64,000 bases of DNA, taken from the IMG/VR virus record IMGVR_UViG_3300009681_000519; one strand, given 5' to 3'. Of the stretch, positions 48,745 through 57,756 are shown piece by piece; the first letter of the stretch is position 1, and each line of letters begins with the position of its first letter. Under the pieces are notes generated by a model. The model did no database searches. It worked only from the letters and a program-made list of their open reading frames with translations, and was not told where the DNA came from. The DNA is from an uncultured virus (IMG/VR IMGVR_UViG_3300009681_000519). Taxonomy: Duplodnaviria; Heunggongvirae; Uroviricota; Caudoviricetes. The position numbers were made by a program, and so were the translations under genes.

Positions 48745-49047
48745 TCAAGCCTCGGGGCCGATCGTGCCCGCGAACAGCCGCGTGGGGTTGCCGACGACCG
48801 CCGACATCGTGAGTTCACCCGCTTTGACCGTCTGGTCGGTCAGCTTGTACCACTTGCCGCCGATGCGAACCCAGGGGGCGACCGTCACTTGGTCGAGGGC
48901 TGCGCCATCGAGCCCGAGCCACAACCCGCGCTCCACCGAGGTCGTCATCGGGCCGAACACGTTCTTCCCGTTCGGCGGTGTCGCGTTCGGGTCCGGTTCC
49001 GGCACGGCACCCGCGTCAACAGGGCGTTCCCACTTCTCAGCACTCAT
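48745..49047 (-). CDS. Hypothetical phage protein
   Basis: GAGGAGG RBS. Confidence 0.6.
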   Translation of the reverse strand: MSAEKWERPVDAGAVPEPDPNATPPNGKNVFGPMTTSVERGLWLGLDGAALDQVTVAPWVRIGGKWYKLTDQTVKAGELTMSAVVGNPTRLFAGTIGPEA

Positions 49048-49057
49048 CGCGTCCTCC

Positions 49058-49291
49058 TCACGGGTCGTTGGCGGTCGGCTTCGGTTGGTTCATCAACAGC
49101 GCGGCCGACTTGACCCGCCCGTCCTCGTAGGCCTGCGCTGCGAGCCATGCCGTCACGATCCACTTGATGAAGTCGAGGGCCTGCTCGCCCGCGACCCGTC
49201 CGAGGCCCGCGAGCACGACGATGCCGACGATCGCCAACATCGTGATGAGGGCCTTGCGCGAACCGAACAACTGAGCAATCGAGTCGATCAT
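49058..49291 (-). CDS. Small two-TM protein, holin-like
   Basis: GSRK followed by two hydrophobic helices. Confidence 0.6.
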   Translation of the reverse strand: MIDSIAQLFGSRKALITMLAIVGIVVLAGLGRVAGEQALDFIKWIVTAWLAAQAYEDGRVKSAALLMNQPKPTANDP

Positions 49292-49497
49292 CTGCGGGCC
49301 TTTCGTCGCCAGTGTGCGAGCCCCGCGTCGATGCGGGATTCGACCGCCGCAACACGTTCATCGTGGAGCCGGTCCATCTCGACGAGAGCTGCCCGGTAGT
49401 CGGCCATCGTGCACGGCTTGTCGCCGCATGCACACGGCACCCGCAACGTCGGGCAATCGGTCGCCGGGGTCGGAATCGTGTGGACTGCGTTACTCAT
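49288..49497 (-). CDS. Hypothetical phage protein
   Basis: GGAGG RBS; overlaps neighbours. Confidence 0.5.
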   Translation of the reverse strand: MSNAVHTIPTPATDCPTLRVPCACGDKPCTMADYRAALVEMDRLHDERVAAVESRIDAGLAHWRRKARR

Positions 49498-49738
49498 CGT
49501 GGGTTGACCTCCGCATGAGTAGCTCGGTCAGTGACTCCAGCTTGTCAACCGACCGATGCACTCCCTCCTGCAACTTGAGCGACCGTTCGGTGAAGGCCTT
49601 GGCATCGTCGATGCGGGCCTGATGGGCCTTCTCCAACCGGTCGTGCAATCGGAACACCCAAAGCAAGAGCGCCGCGATGATGACGCCCGGCACCCCGAGC
49701 CCGGTAAGTGCATTGATGACGGCTTGCATCGGTTCCAT
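49490..49738 (-). CDS. Single-TM protein with coiled-coil tail, holin-like
   Basis: LGVPGVIIAALLLWVF followed by a charged helix. Confidence 0.55.
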   Translation of the reverse strand: MEPMQAVINALTGLGVPGVIIAALLLWVFRLHDRLEKAHQARIDDAKAFTERSLKLQEGVHRSVDKLESLTELLMRRSTHDE

Positions 49739-49748
49739 CGTGTCATGC

Positions 49749-51275
49749 TCACGTCCAGCCTACAACCATGTCGAACGCCGCAACCATCGCATCGTTCAAC
49801 ACGACCACGGTATCGGTCACGGCCGCCGACGCAACGTCAATTCGCAACATGCAAGCTCGAAGTTCCTCAAGCTCGGGGTCGGCGATGATGGCGAACGCCC
49901 ACACGGCTCCCCCGGCACGGTCGACGACCAGCGGCCCGACTCGATCCAACCCCGGCACTTCGGCCGCCGTGATGCGGGCGAGCACCGTGCCGTCGGGTGC
50001 GACCTTTGCGATGTAGATCGCTGTCACTTCAAAAGCATAGCGATACCCGGTGAACCACAGGTTGCCGTCCGCATCGGCATCGGCACCGCCCGACCACACC
50101 CCGATGTCGTCGCTCGCGACGATGCGGGTCACCACCATCGTCGACTGGTCGCACCGCAGGATTGCCGATTCCGTGCTCATAGCCCACGGGTCGCCGGGCT
50201 CCTGAATCCACAACGCCGCGTCGGTTCGCGATGTCGTCGCCGCCACCTGGGCTGGCATCCACATCCACTCCCACGCCGACGTGAAGTCGTGCCCGGTCGA
50301 CTCCGCATCCTGCACCAACGCACCAGGGTCGACCCGCACGAACCGGGCCTGCGACGAACCGTTCGCTGGCACGTAAGCGACCGTGAACACCTTGCCACCG
50401 ACAACCGTGCACGTTGTCGGCATCGCCGAGTATTCACCGATCGTGATGGGCACAGCCGCGTTCGGCTCGCCCGTTGTCGGGTCGACCCGTTGCAGCTCAT
50501 AGGTCTCACCCCACGCAATGTTCGTCTTCCACAAGCCACTCGACGTGTCACCGTACTCGACCCCGGCCGCCCCACGGGACTCGGGTGCGAACGGCCCATC
50601 GTCGTAGATGGTGATCGGCCCCATAGCCTCGTCGGCCGGGGTTGCCGCGACGACACCCGTCATGCCCCATCCGGCATCGGTCACCCACACCCGGTCGCCA
50701 TCGAACGCGAGCGCCCAGGGGTTGTTGAAGTATCGGCCGAGCAACGATAGGTCACGCAACGACGCAAGCGACCGCGCCTCGGTGTTGATGGCTCCAAGAT
50801 ACAACCCCAATCCCTCTGGTTCGCCCTTGCCTAGCCGTTCCGGTACACCGTCAGCGATACCGAACGCAGCCAGCACCTTGTCGCCGTTCGGTGTGGCCTT
50901 GATGCGGTCGACGAGCCCGAACATCCTCGACATGGTGAACCACACGAGCCGCGGCACGACCTCCTCACGCGGGTGCAACGGCACCGGCGGAATGGGGTGC
51001 AGCAGCACGTGAGGCATCGGCTCGTTGAAGTCGGGTCGCACCGGTGTCGCAACGCCCGACCGCGGCCACGACCGGGCCGTGATGATGCGGGATGCGTTCG
51101 ACCGCACTTCGGCGTCGGTCGCCCCGATGATGGCGGCGATGCGCGGCACGAGCACGTCGGGCAACCCCTGACGCCCCGAGTCGATGCGGTCGAACACGAA
51201 CGGCGAGATACCCAGCACCTCGGCGACACGTTCGGGCCGCATGCCGTAGGCCGCGAACAGCGACGCAAGGCTCAT
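49749..51275 (-). CDS. N-terminal HTH + beta-propeller protein
   Basis: GMRPERVAEVLGIS…RIDSGR HTH; repeats FDGDRVWVTD, DADGNLWFT, RVDP. Confidence 0.6.
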   Translation of the reverse strand: MSLASLFAAYGMRPERVAEVLGISPFVFDRIDSGRQGLPDVLVPRIAAIIGATDAEVRSNASRIITARSWPRSGVATPVRPDFNEPMPHVLLHPIPPVPLHPREEVVPRLVWFTMSRMFGLVDRIKATPNGDKVLAAFGIADGVPERLGKGEPEGLGLYLGAINTEARSLASLRDLSLLGRYFNNPWALAFDGDRVWVTDAGWGMTGVVAATPADEAMGPITIYDDGPFAPESRGAAGVEYGDTSSGLWKTNIAWGETYELQRVDPTTGEPNAAVPITIGEYSAMPTTCTVVGGKVFTVAYVPANGSSQARFVRVDPGALVQDAESTGHDFTSAWEWMWMPAQVAATTSRTDAALWIQEPGDPWAMSTESAILRCDQSTMVVTRIVASDDIGVWSGGADADADGNLWFTGYRYAFEVTAIYIAKVAPDGTVLARITAAEVPGLDRVGPLVVDRAGGAVWAFAIIADPELEELRACMLRIDVASAAVTDTVVVLNDAMVAAFDMVVGWT

Positions 51276-52894
51276 GGGCCGAGGTCCCACCCGACGACAT
51301 CAAGGCCGCCGTTCACCCGCGTCGCGACACCGGCCGACGGGAAGTAGTTCACCGTCAGGTTGCGGTTGACCGGGGCGATGCCGGGCCACGTCGGAATGAG
51401 CGGCACGTCGACCTCGAACACGTCGGAGTAGATGCCGAAGGCGTCGAACATGCCCGTCTCCTCGCCCGCGTCGATGGCGCACACGTTGTCGGTCGTCACG
51501 CCAAACCGCTTCATGTAGACCTTGCGCGAGAACGAGAACGCCGCACCGGGCGCACCGATGAAGTTGCAGTAGACCTTCAGCCGCACCCGCCGCGCGTTCG
51601 CGGGGTGCGCGAAGTTACCGAACAGGACGTAGGAGTCGGTGTTGATGTTCGTGCCGAACGGGGCGACGAAGATGCCGTTGTTGAGGTCGCCGACGAGAAT
51701 CATGCGTCCGTCGCTCACGGCACCGCGCGGCGCACCACCGCCGTCGCACCACCCCGTCATGACGACACTCGCGTTCTGCGTCGACACCCCGAGGCCGGTC
51801 GAGGTCGGCATCGTGATTGCGAGCAGCGGCGTGCCCGCGTAGTTCGGTGCCACCATCGTCGCGACCGGGATGCCCCGCATCGGGCCGGGCACCCGTCCGA
51901 GCCCAAAGATGCTGTTCTCGGTGTACCGCACCCACCGGGGCAATCCAGCGGGGAAGCAGGCGTAGAGATACCACGGCATCGACGGCACCGGGGCGAATCC
52001 CGGCCCCTGGTTCTCCGGGTTGAGAATGTCGACCCACGGCAGGTCGCCCGACCCCATCGCCGCGGTCGGCGTACCCTTCGCGATCGTGCCCGCGGCCCGG
52101 TAGTAGCCGACGTTGAAGTCCACCGCACCCGACACGTTCAGCTCGACGCCCGGGTTGGTCCATTCGTCGGCGTACACGAGGCACCGTTCGCGCTTCTGAA
52201 GCAGCGACCCGGCATGGAACGGTTGCACCGCGCGGTCGACGATGAGGGGGCGCACGTCCCAGAACGTCACCGTGTCGACGCTCGCGCTGCCCGCCGGAAC
52301 CGATGCGACCGCGAGCGGCAGCCATCCCGTCGTGTTGCCGGGGTAGCCACCGCCCGCCACGCCCGACCGAACGCGATACTGCAACCGGCCCGACACCACC
52401 TTGTCGACAAGGTTCGGTGTGAACAGGCCCGTGGCGGGGTCGAAGATGTCGCGGTTGTCCTGCTCCTCGACCAGTTCGATCGGCTGACACTCGATGACAT
52501 CGATCCGAATCCCGCCACCGCCGTTCGCCGGGATGACGAGCGACCCGATGGCACTGATGCCCGCGTCGAAGATGACCTTGCTCGGGTCGTCGTCGGCGTT
52601 CGGGGTCGCGTCGGGGAAGTAGGCGACCATCTCGCCGGGCGTGATGGTCACCGAATCGGTGCCAATCTGCGGCACGACCATCAACCCGCCGATGACATCG
52701 GCGAGCAGCGGGGCCGTGATGGCTGCCGGTTCGATCGCGTACCCCGCCGACGTGTCAACGATGTACTGGTCGGAGAAGAACCGCCGGTGAAACGCCGACC
52801 GATCTGCCGCGATGAACGCCTGCTCGCGGTTGAAGTCGGTGGAGATCAGCCGTTCCCTCGTGTTGTACTGCATGCGCCTGTGACCGCTCGACAT
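51272..52894 (-). CDS. Putative tail fibre / baseplate-associated protein
   Basis: Follows wedge genes; RERLISTDFN…GGLMV…VTITPG…RIDVIE…PLAVASVP…DVRP resembles a fibre-attachment N-terminus. Confidence 0.55.
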   Translation of the reverse strand: MSSGHRRMQYNTRERLISTDFNREQAFIAADRSAFHRRFFSDQYIVDTSAGYAIEPAAITAPLLADVIGGLMVVPQIGTDSVTITPGEMVAYFPDATPNADDDPSKVIFDAGISAIGSLVIPANGGGGIRIDVIECQPIELVEEQDNRDIFDPATGLFTPNLVDKVVSGRLQYRVRSGVAGGGYPGNTTGWLPLAVASVPAGSASVDTVTFWDVRPLIVDRAVQPFHAGSLLQKRERCLVYADEWTNPGVELNVSGAVDFNVGYYRAAGTIAKGTPTAAMGSGDLPWVDILNPENQGPGFAPVPSMPWYLYACFPAGLPRWVRYTENSIFGLGRVPGPMRGIPVATMVAPNYAGTPLLAITMPTSTGLGVSTQNASVVMTGWCDGGGAPRGAVSDGRMILVGDLNNGIFVAPFGTNINTDSYVLFGNFAHPANARRVRLKVYCNFIGAPGAAFSFSRKVYMKRFGVTTDNVCAIDAGEETGMFDAFGIYSDVFEVDVPLIPTWPGIAPVNRNLTVNYFPSAGVATRVNGGLDVVGWDLGP

Positions 52895-52934
52895 GCGGCA
52901 AGCCTACCACCCGACGGGGCGGGGTGTCAGCCTG

Positions 52935-52954
52935 ACGGATGATCGATCATCCGT
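52935..52954. repeat. Dispersed 20-bp palindrome, copy 8
   Basis: Exact copy, intergenic, 6 bp from the parS-like site. Confidence 0.95.
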
Positions 52955-52960
52955 GGCGGG

Positions 52961-52976
52961 TGTTTCACGTGGAACC
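52961..52976. promoter_or_regulatory. parS-like site
   Basis: TGTTTCACGTGGAACC, 14/16 identical to the chromosomal parS consensus TGTTTCACGTGAAACA; intergenic. Confidence 0.6.
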
Positions 52977-54599
52977 TCAGATGCAGCCGACGTTCTCGAC
53001 GTAGAGATCGAACCCGACACCGGCCGCCCGCGCATCGTCGACCGCGGCCCATACCGTGCGGTAGTAGATGGCCGACATGATTGGGAATCCGTCGAAGAAC
53101 GCGAGGAACGGGGCGCAGTCGAAGGCGTTGGACACCCCCTCGTCGAAGGCACACCCGAAGTCACCGAACGGAATGGGCGGCACGCCGATGAGGAAGAACG
53201 CCCGAAACTCAAGGTAGTCGAGCAGCAGCTTGAACCGGTCGGCCGGGCGGGTGCCGAAGTCGAGGTCGAACGCGAACGCAACCGCGGGGTCGACCGACGA
53301 CGGGTCGCCGTCGAAGAACAGCCCGCGGAACTTCGCCTGCCCGACCTCGCGCAAGCACGCCGACCCGCCGAGCGGCACGAACACCCGGTTGGCGATGCGC
53401 CGGATCGCGTTCGGCGACACCTTGTCGGCGACCGTCGCGACCCGCTTGCGGTAGCTGTCATCGGGTTCGGCCGGTTGCCGGTAGATGCGCCGTTCGTCGC
53501 CAAGCTCGTCGAGCATCGCCGACCGGCCACCGACCGGGTAGTCATCGCTGGCGATCGTGAACCCGAGGTCGGTCGCCCATCCGAGCACGCGCCACCCCGC
53601 ACCGGTCGACCCCGGTGGGGAGTTGTACTGCTCCGCGGTCATGTCGGGCGACTGCTTGACCGCCACGAGCGTCGCCGTCGTGCCCGTGAGCACGCCCTCG
53701 ATCTGCGTCGCCGGTACGAAATCGCCGAACGTGCGGTCGACCACAACGAAGTCGCCGGTGTCCGTCAACCGGCGGAACACGCCGCGAGCAGTCACGCTGA
53801 CACCAGTGCGTTGCACGACTTCCTCGCCGACCTCGAACCCAGTGCCCGCGATGGCGGCGACCTCGAACACGCCCGTGGCGGCGAGCGTCACAACGCCGCC
53901 GTGCACCCCGGCCTGTGGCGGTTCGTACCCGATGACACGCCTCACTTGCCCGGCATTCGCCCCGACCGTCAGTTCGATGTACTGCCCGACGTGTTCGGGC
54001 ACCACCACGTCGGGGTCGGGTCGAACCATGAGCCGATGCCCGGCGATACCGGGCACGACCCGCGCCTTATCGTTCGCGAGCGCGGCCCCGACCTGCACGA
54101 ACTGGTTGATGCTACCCGGTTCGGGCTGGTCGTAGCCGTAGCCCGGCCGGTCGCTCACGAGCCGCAGCTTGAACGGCCCGGCCTCGCCGGGGCCGAACGT
54201 CAATGTCTCGTCAGCCACGAACTGTCGTCCTGTCTGCACGTACTGCGTACCGTTCGGCCCCCAATCGCCCGCGACCTCGGCGATGATGATCTGCCCCTTG
54301 ACGATGGTGATCGGCGTGAGGAACCGAGCCGACCGTTGCACCGTCGCTGTGACCGTTGCCGGGCTCGCACCGCCCGCGGGTTCGTCGGTCTGACCCGACC
54401 ACGGCAGGATATACATTGCCTGCGTGGTCCGTTCGATCATCTCCGACGCCCGCGCGAACTGTGCCGCGGCTTGCTCGTAGGCCTCGAACTGCGTGTCGAC
54501 CCCGGCCGCCTTGCCGTCGATGAACGGCTGCGCGTAACCCACGTCGACAACGGACTGCCACAGCTCGATGAGGTCGTCGAGGGTCAACGCTGCCATCAC
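52977..54599 (-). CDS. Baseplate wedge / tail protein
   Basis: MLDELGDERRIYRQPAEPDDSYRKR (wedge-type motif); directly after baseplate J. Confidence 0.65.
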   Translation of the reverse strand: MMAALTLDDLIELWQSVVDVGYAQPFIDGKAAGVDTQFEAYEQAAAQFARASEMIERTTQAMYILPWSGQTDEPAGGASPATVTATVQRSARFLTPITIVKGQIIIAEVAGDWGPNGTQYVQTGRQFVADETLTFGPGEAGPFKLRLVSDRPGYGYDQPEPGSINQFVQVGAALANDKARVVPGIAGHRLMVRPDPDVVVPEHVGQYIELTVGANAGQVRRVIGYEPPQAGVHGGVVTLAATGVFEVAAIAGTGFEVGEEVVQRTGVSVTARGVFRRLTDTGDFVVVDRTFGDFVPATQIEGVLTGTTATLVAVKQSPDMTAEQYNSPPGSTGAGWRVLGWATDLGFTIASDDYPVGGRSAMLDELGDERRIYRQPAEPDDSYRKRVATVADKVSPNAIRRIANRVFVPLGGSACLREVGQAKFRGLFFDGDPSSVDPAVAFAFDLDFGTRPADRFKLLLDYLEFRAFFLIGVPPIPFGDFGCAFDEGVSNAFDCAPFLAFFDGFPIMSAIYYRTVWAAVDDARAAGVGFDLYVENVGCI

Positions 54600-55704
54600 A
54601 CCACCGTCACGTTGGCAAGGGTCGTGCGCAGGGTCATGCCCGGCGCAGGCACGAGGTCACCGGTCGGGGCAACGACCGCCGATTCGGTCACGATGAGGCC
54701 TTGGTTCTGGAACCGTTGCAGCACGACGTAGATCTGCGCTCGCGATAGGGTCTGGTTGACCGCGAGCGAGTTGATGAACGCCACGACCGCGTTGCGCACG
54801 GCCTCGGTCACGGTCGTCGTGTCGACGTTCGCCGCGAACGTGAGCTTGAGCGCCACGTCGACGATCTGCGGCATCGACAGTGCCGTGATGACCGCGATGC
54901 CGCAGGCCCGATACTCCTCCAACTCTGACCGCACGAACGCCCCGAGCGCGGCCGACGCCACGCCCGACGAGTCGGCGATGTAGAGCTGCACAACGCGAGC
55001 CGGTCGCGACAACGAATCGATCACCTCGTAGGCCCGTGCCGACACGACACCCTTGACCGCGAGCGCCCCGAACTCGATCGCCCCCTTCGTGCCGCGGCGG
55101 GCGGTCTGCCAGAAGCTTCGGATGCGGTTCCGGTAGTCATCATCCTCCTCGACCGGTTCGCCGCCCGCGGTCTTCGCGTCGTTGTTGACCTGCAACGTCG
55201 TGTCGAACAGGGCCGACGGCTTGTCAATCTTGCGGATCTGGTTCGCCCCGACTTGGTACTCCTTGCCCGCGAGTACCGCCCGCACGTCACACGTTGCCTC
55301 CAGCGAGGCGGGTGCGAAGGTCGCCGTCGTCGTCGTCACGTACTCGATGCCGGTGAGCGACACGAGCTTCGTACCGATGGGTACGACCCCGCCACCGCCC
55401 GTGGTCGCGGTGCGGAAGAACCTCACCGACCCGACCGCCGCGGCCGCACCCTTGCGCGGCAGTTGGTACTTGTCGAACCCGTACCGGTCGAGGTCTTCCC
55501 CCTCGGCACCGTTCAACGTGAGCGCCCGAATCCGGTCGACGAGGTGCCGCGCGACCGCGTGCGCCATGTAGGACGCCGACCCGACGAAGATGTTGATGTC
55601 GGAGCCTCGACATCGACTTGCGCGGGGTCGATGCGCTTCGCCCGCGTCGCGACGTATCGCCGACCGATGCGGTAGAAGTCAAACCTCGTGAGAATCTCGG
55701 CCAT
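54596..55704 (-). CDS. Baseplate J-like protein, frameshifted at ~55605
   Basis: AEGEDLD…RKGAAAAVG…GGEPVEEDDDYRNR…RGT. N-terminus in a different frame; adding one G gives …QVDVEGSDINIFVGSASYMAHAV…. Confidence 0.85.
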
Positions 55705-55715
55705 GCGTCACCTCA

Positions 55716-56615
55716 TCACACCGGGCTCGTCGCGTCGAACGGCACGTCGACCGCGACCGGCTTGTTGCTGTACTTGGTCACGGCACGCACTTCGAGCCAG
55801 AACAGGTCGGGGCGGTTGTCGTCGCGTCGGAACCGACACGACACGTCGCGCGTCTCGGGCTCCTGCCGGATCTGCGCTTCGGCATCCGACGTGAGCGCGT
55901 CACGCACGCCGGGCCGCCCGAGCTGCTTCACTTGGTCGGGCAACCCCACCCCGTAGGTCGGCAGCCACGCGAACTTGCCCTTGCGCGTCATGCACCGGCG
56001 GAACACGCGCTTGCGGTAGCTGTCCACGCCGTCGTCGAACGCGAGGTCGCCCTGAGCATCGACCGGGATGGTGCCGAGGATGAGCGAGTCGGTCGTGTTC
56101 GGCAACGGGTCGAGCATGCCCGCGCGGTTCTGCGGGTTAGCGATGTCCTTCGACGACACGATGAGGTCGACCCGCGGTTGCATGAACCCGCGCGACAGCC
56201 CATCGAACAGCCGCGAGGCCGATGCCGGGTCGAGCAGTTGCCCGCCGACCGCACGCAGGCCGTTGCACGCGACCCGATACACCGACGGCCATGGGGAGAA
56301 CGACCGGTCAACCGTCAGGTCGAGCATGGTGCCGCGCGACCCGGCGACCTCGGCGATCTCGACCGCGGCGGGGAACACCGGCCGCGGTTGCGCCCCATCG
56401 GCACCGGTCGAGGTCGGGTCGGTCGTCACCGAGTAGCGTTCGACCGACGCCGCATCGCCGCCTTCGAGCGTGCCCGTGAACAGCGGGGCTGCGTTGAACT
56501 CAAGCCGCACGACGTTCTCGCGCACGGCCATCGCTCGCAGCAGTTGCAACGCAACGATGCCGCCACCCCACGGGATGAGGCCCCACGGACCACCGCCCCA
56601 TCCAGCACCGCTCAC
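55716..56615 (-). CDS. Baseplate wedge protein with C-terminal gp25/gpW-like domain
   Basis: GDLAFDDGVDSYRKRVFRRCMTRKG…PTYGVGL…IRQEP. Confidence 0.7.
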   Translation of the reverse strand: MSGAGWGGGPWGLIPWGGGIVALQLLRAMAVRENVVRLEFNAAPLFTGTLEGGDAASVERYSVTTDPTSTGADGAQPRPVFPAAVEIAEVAGSRGTMLDLTVDRSFSPWPSVYRVACNGLRAVGGQLLDPASASRLFDGLSRGFMQPRVDLIVSSKDIANPQNRAGMLDPLPNTTDSLILGTIPVDAQGDLAFDDGVDSYRKRVFRRCMTRKGKFAWLPTYGVGLPDQVKQLGRPGVRDALTSDAEAQIRQEPETRDVSCRFRRDDNRPDLFWLEVRAVTKYSNKPVAVDVPFDATSPV

Positions 56616-57391
56616 GGCCGCACCCTCACGTCGAACGCGAAGTCATCGTCGGTGAGTACCCCGAACGCATCGACACGTTCGATTCGGAAGCCGTTGACCG
56701 TCTCGTTGTAGACCGTGCACGAGCCGCCCGTGTTGCGGGCCGTCGCCACCACGGCATAGTTCGCGTTGGGCATGGGCGCGAGGAACGCGATGTCGATGAT
56801 GCCCGGCGACACGTAGGTGGCTGCCCCGATGTTGAGCGACGACGCGAGCGAGGCCGGCCCGCCCGGCGGCAGGATGACTCGTCCCCAGGCGGACGATGCA
56901 CCGACGACCCCGCGGCGGATCACCTCGAACCATCGATACCACTCACGCGACCATCCCTCGGTGTTGCCCGTCGGGTCGATGACATCGGGTACGTTGTGCT
57001 CCGTCGTTTCGCCGAACGCAGGAACCCGACGCGGTAGCTGTCCGGGGTCGGACGCGAGCCCCGACCCCGCGTAGAACGTGCTGCGCACAACGTCGTCGGC
57101 CGACGCCCCGAGGCCCGCACCCGAATCGACGGCAAGCTCGACGTGGTACGTGCCCTCGACATCGATCGGGGCGAACAGCGTGCTTGCCGCGGTCGGGGTC
57201 GCGAGCAGCGACGTTGCCCGCACGCCCGCGTTGATATCGATGGGCCGGTGGATGATGCGCCACAGGTAGGCGAAGAACGGGCCGCCGACCGATGAGAGCG
57301 TCACCGGTTGCCCGAGCACGAGGTCTTCCCGCGCGAACCCCGGCACGCCCGGTGGTCGCGTCAACTGGTCGATGGTGATCTGGACGGCCAT
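56612..57391 (-). CDS. Putative virion structural protein
   Basis: In the tail module; PKD-like N-terminus (GTYHVEL); SAWG…PNANYAV C-terminus. Confidence 0.5.
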   Translation of the reverse strand: MAVQITIDQLTRPPGVPGFAREDLVLGQPVTLSSVGGPFFAYLWRIIHRPIDINAGVRATSLLATPTAASTLFAPIDVEGTYHVELAVDSGAGLGASADDVVRSTFYAGSGLASDPGQLPRRVPAFGETTEHNVPDVIDPTGNTEGWSREWYRWFEVIRRGVVGASSAWGRVILPPGGPASLASSLNIGAATYVSPGIIDIAFLAPMPNANYAVVATARNTGGSCTVYNETVNGFRIERVDAFGVLTDDDFAFDVRVRP

Positions 57392-57434
57392 GCAGGCAGT
57401 CTACAGCCGACGGCACCGATGCCGCCACCCCGGC

Positions 57435-57454
57435 ACGGATGATCGATCATCCGT
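57435..57454. repeat. Dispersed 20-bp palindrome, copy 9
   Basis: Exact copy, intergenic in the tail module. Confidence 0.95.
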
Positions 57455-57750
57455 CAGGTGTCGGCGTCGAATGGGTCGGGGTCCGACGTGCCGACACGGC
57501 CACCACCGAACCCGAACTCGGCGTCGATGGGGTTCGACAGGTCGCACTTGAGCCCGAGGAAGAAGCTGAACGTCGGCGGGAACGGAAACGGCGGGAACTT
57601 GAACTTGAAGCTCAGGTTGAAGTTGAACACCGGCGGGAACTGGAACCCGCAGATCGACGCCCCGCTCGGCGATGGCTCGAACGAGAACGACGCATCGACC
57701 GCGGCCTGTGCCGCCGGATCGGGCGCATCGGGGGGAGGCGGGAACCCCAT
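57454..57750 (-). CDS. Small Phe/Pro-rich hypothetical protein
   Basis: GC3-biased ORF; FNFNLSFKFKFPPFPFPP. Confidence 0.55.
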   Translation of the reverse strand: MGFPPPPDAPDPAAQAAVDASFSFEPSPSGASICGFQFPPVFNFNLSFKFKFPPFPFPPTFSFFLGLKCDLSNPIDAEFGFGGGRVGTSDPDPFDADT

Positions 57751-57756
57751 CGCCGG

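Noticed and set aside
49749..54599. Diversity-generating retroelement or invertible tail-fibre cassette
   Set aside because: No reverse transcriptase, invertase or TR/VR repeat pair is visible in this window.
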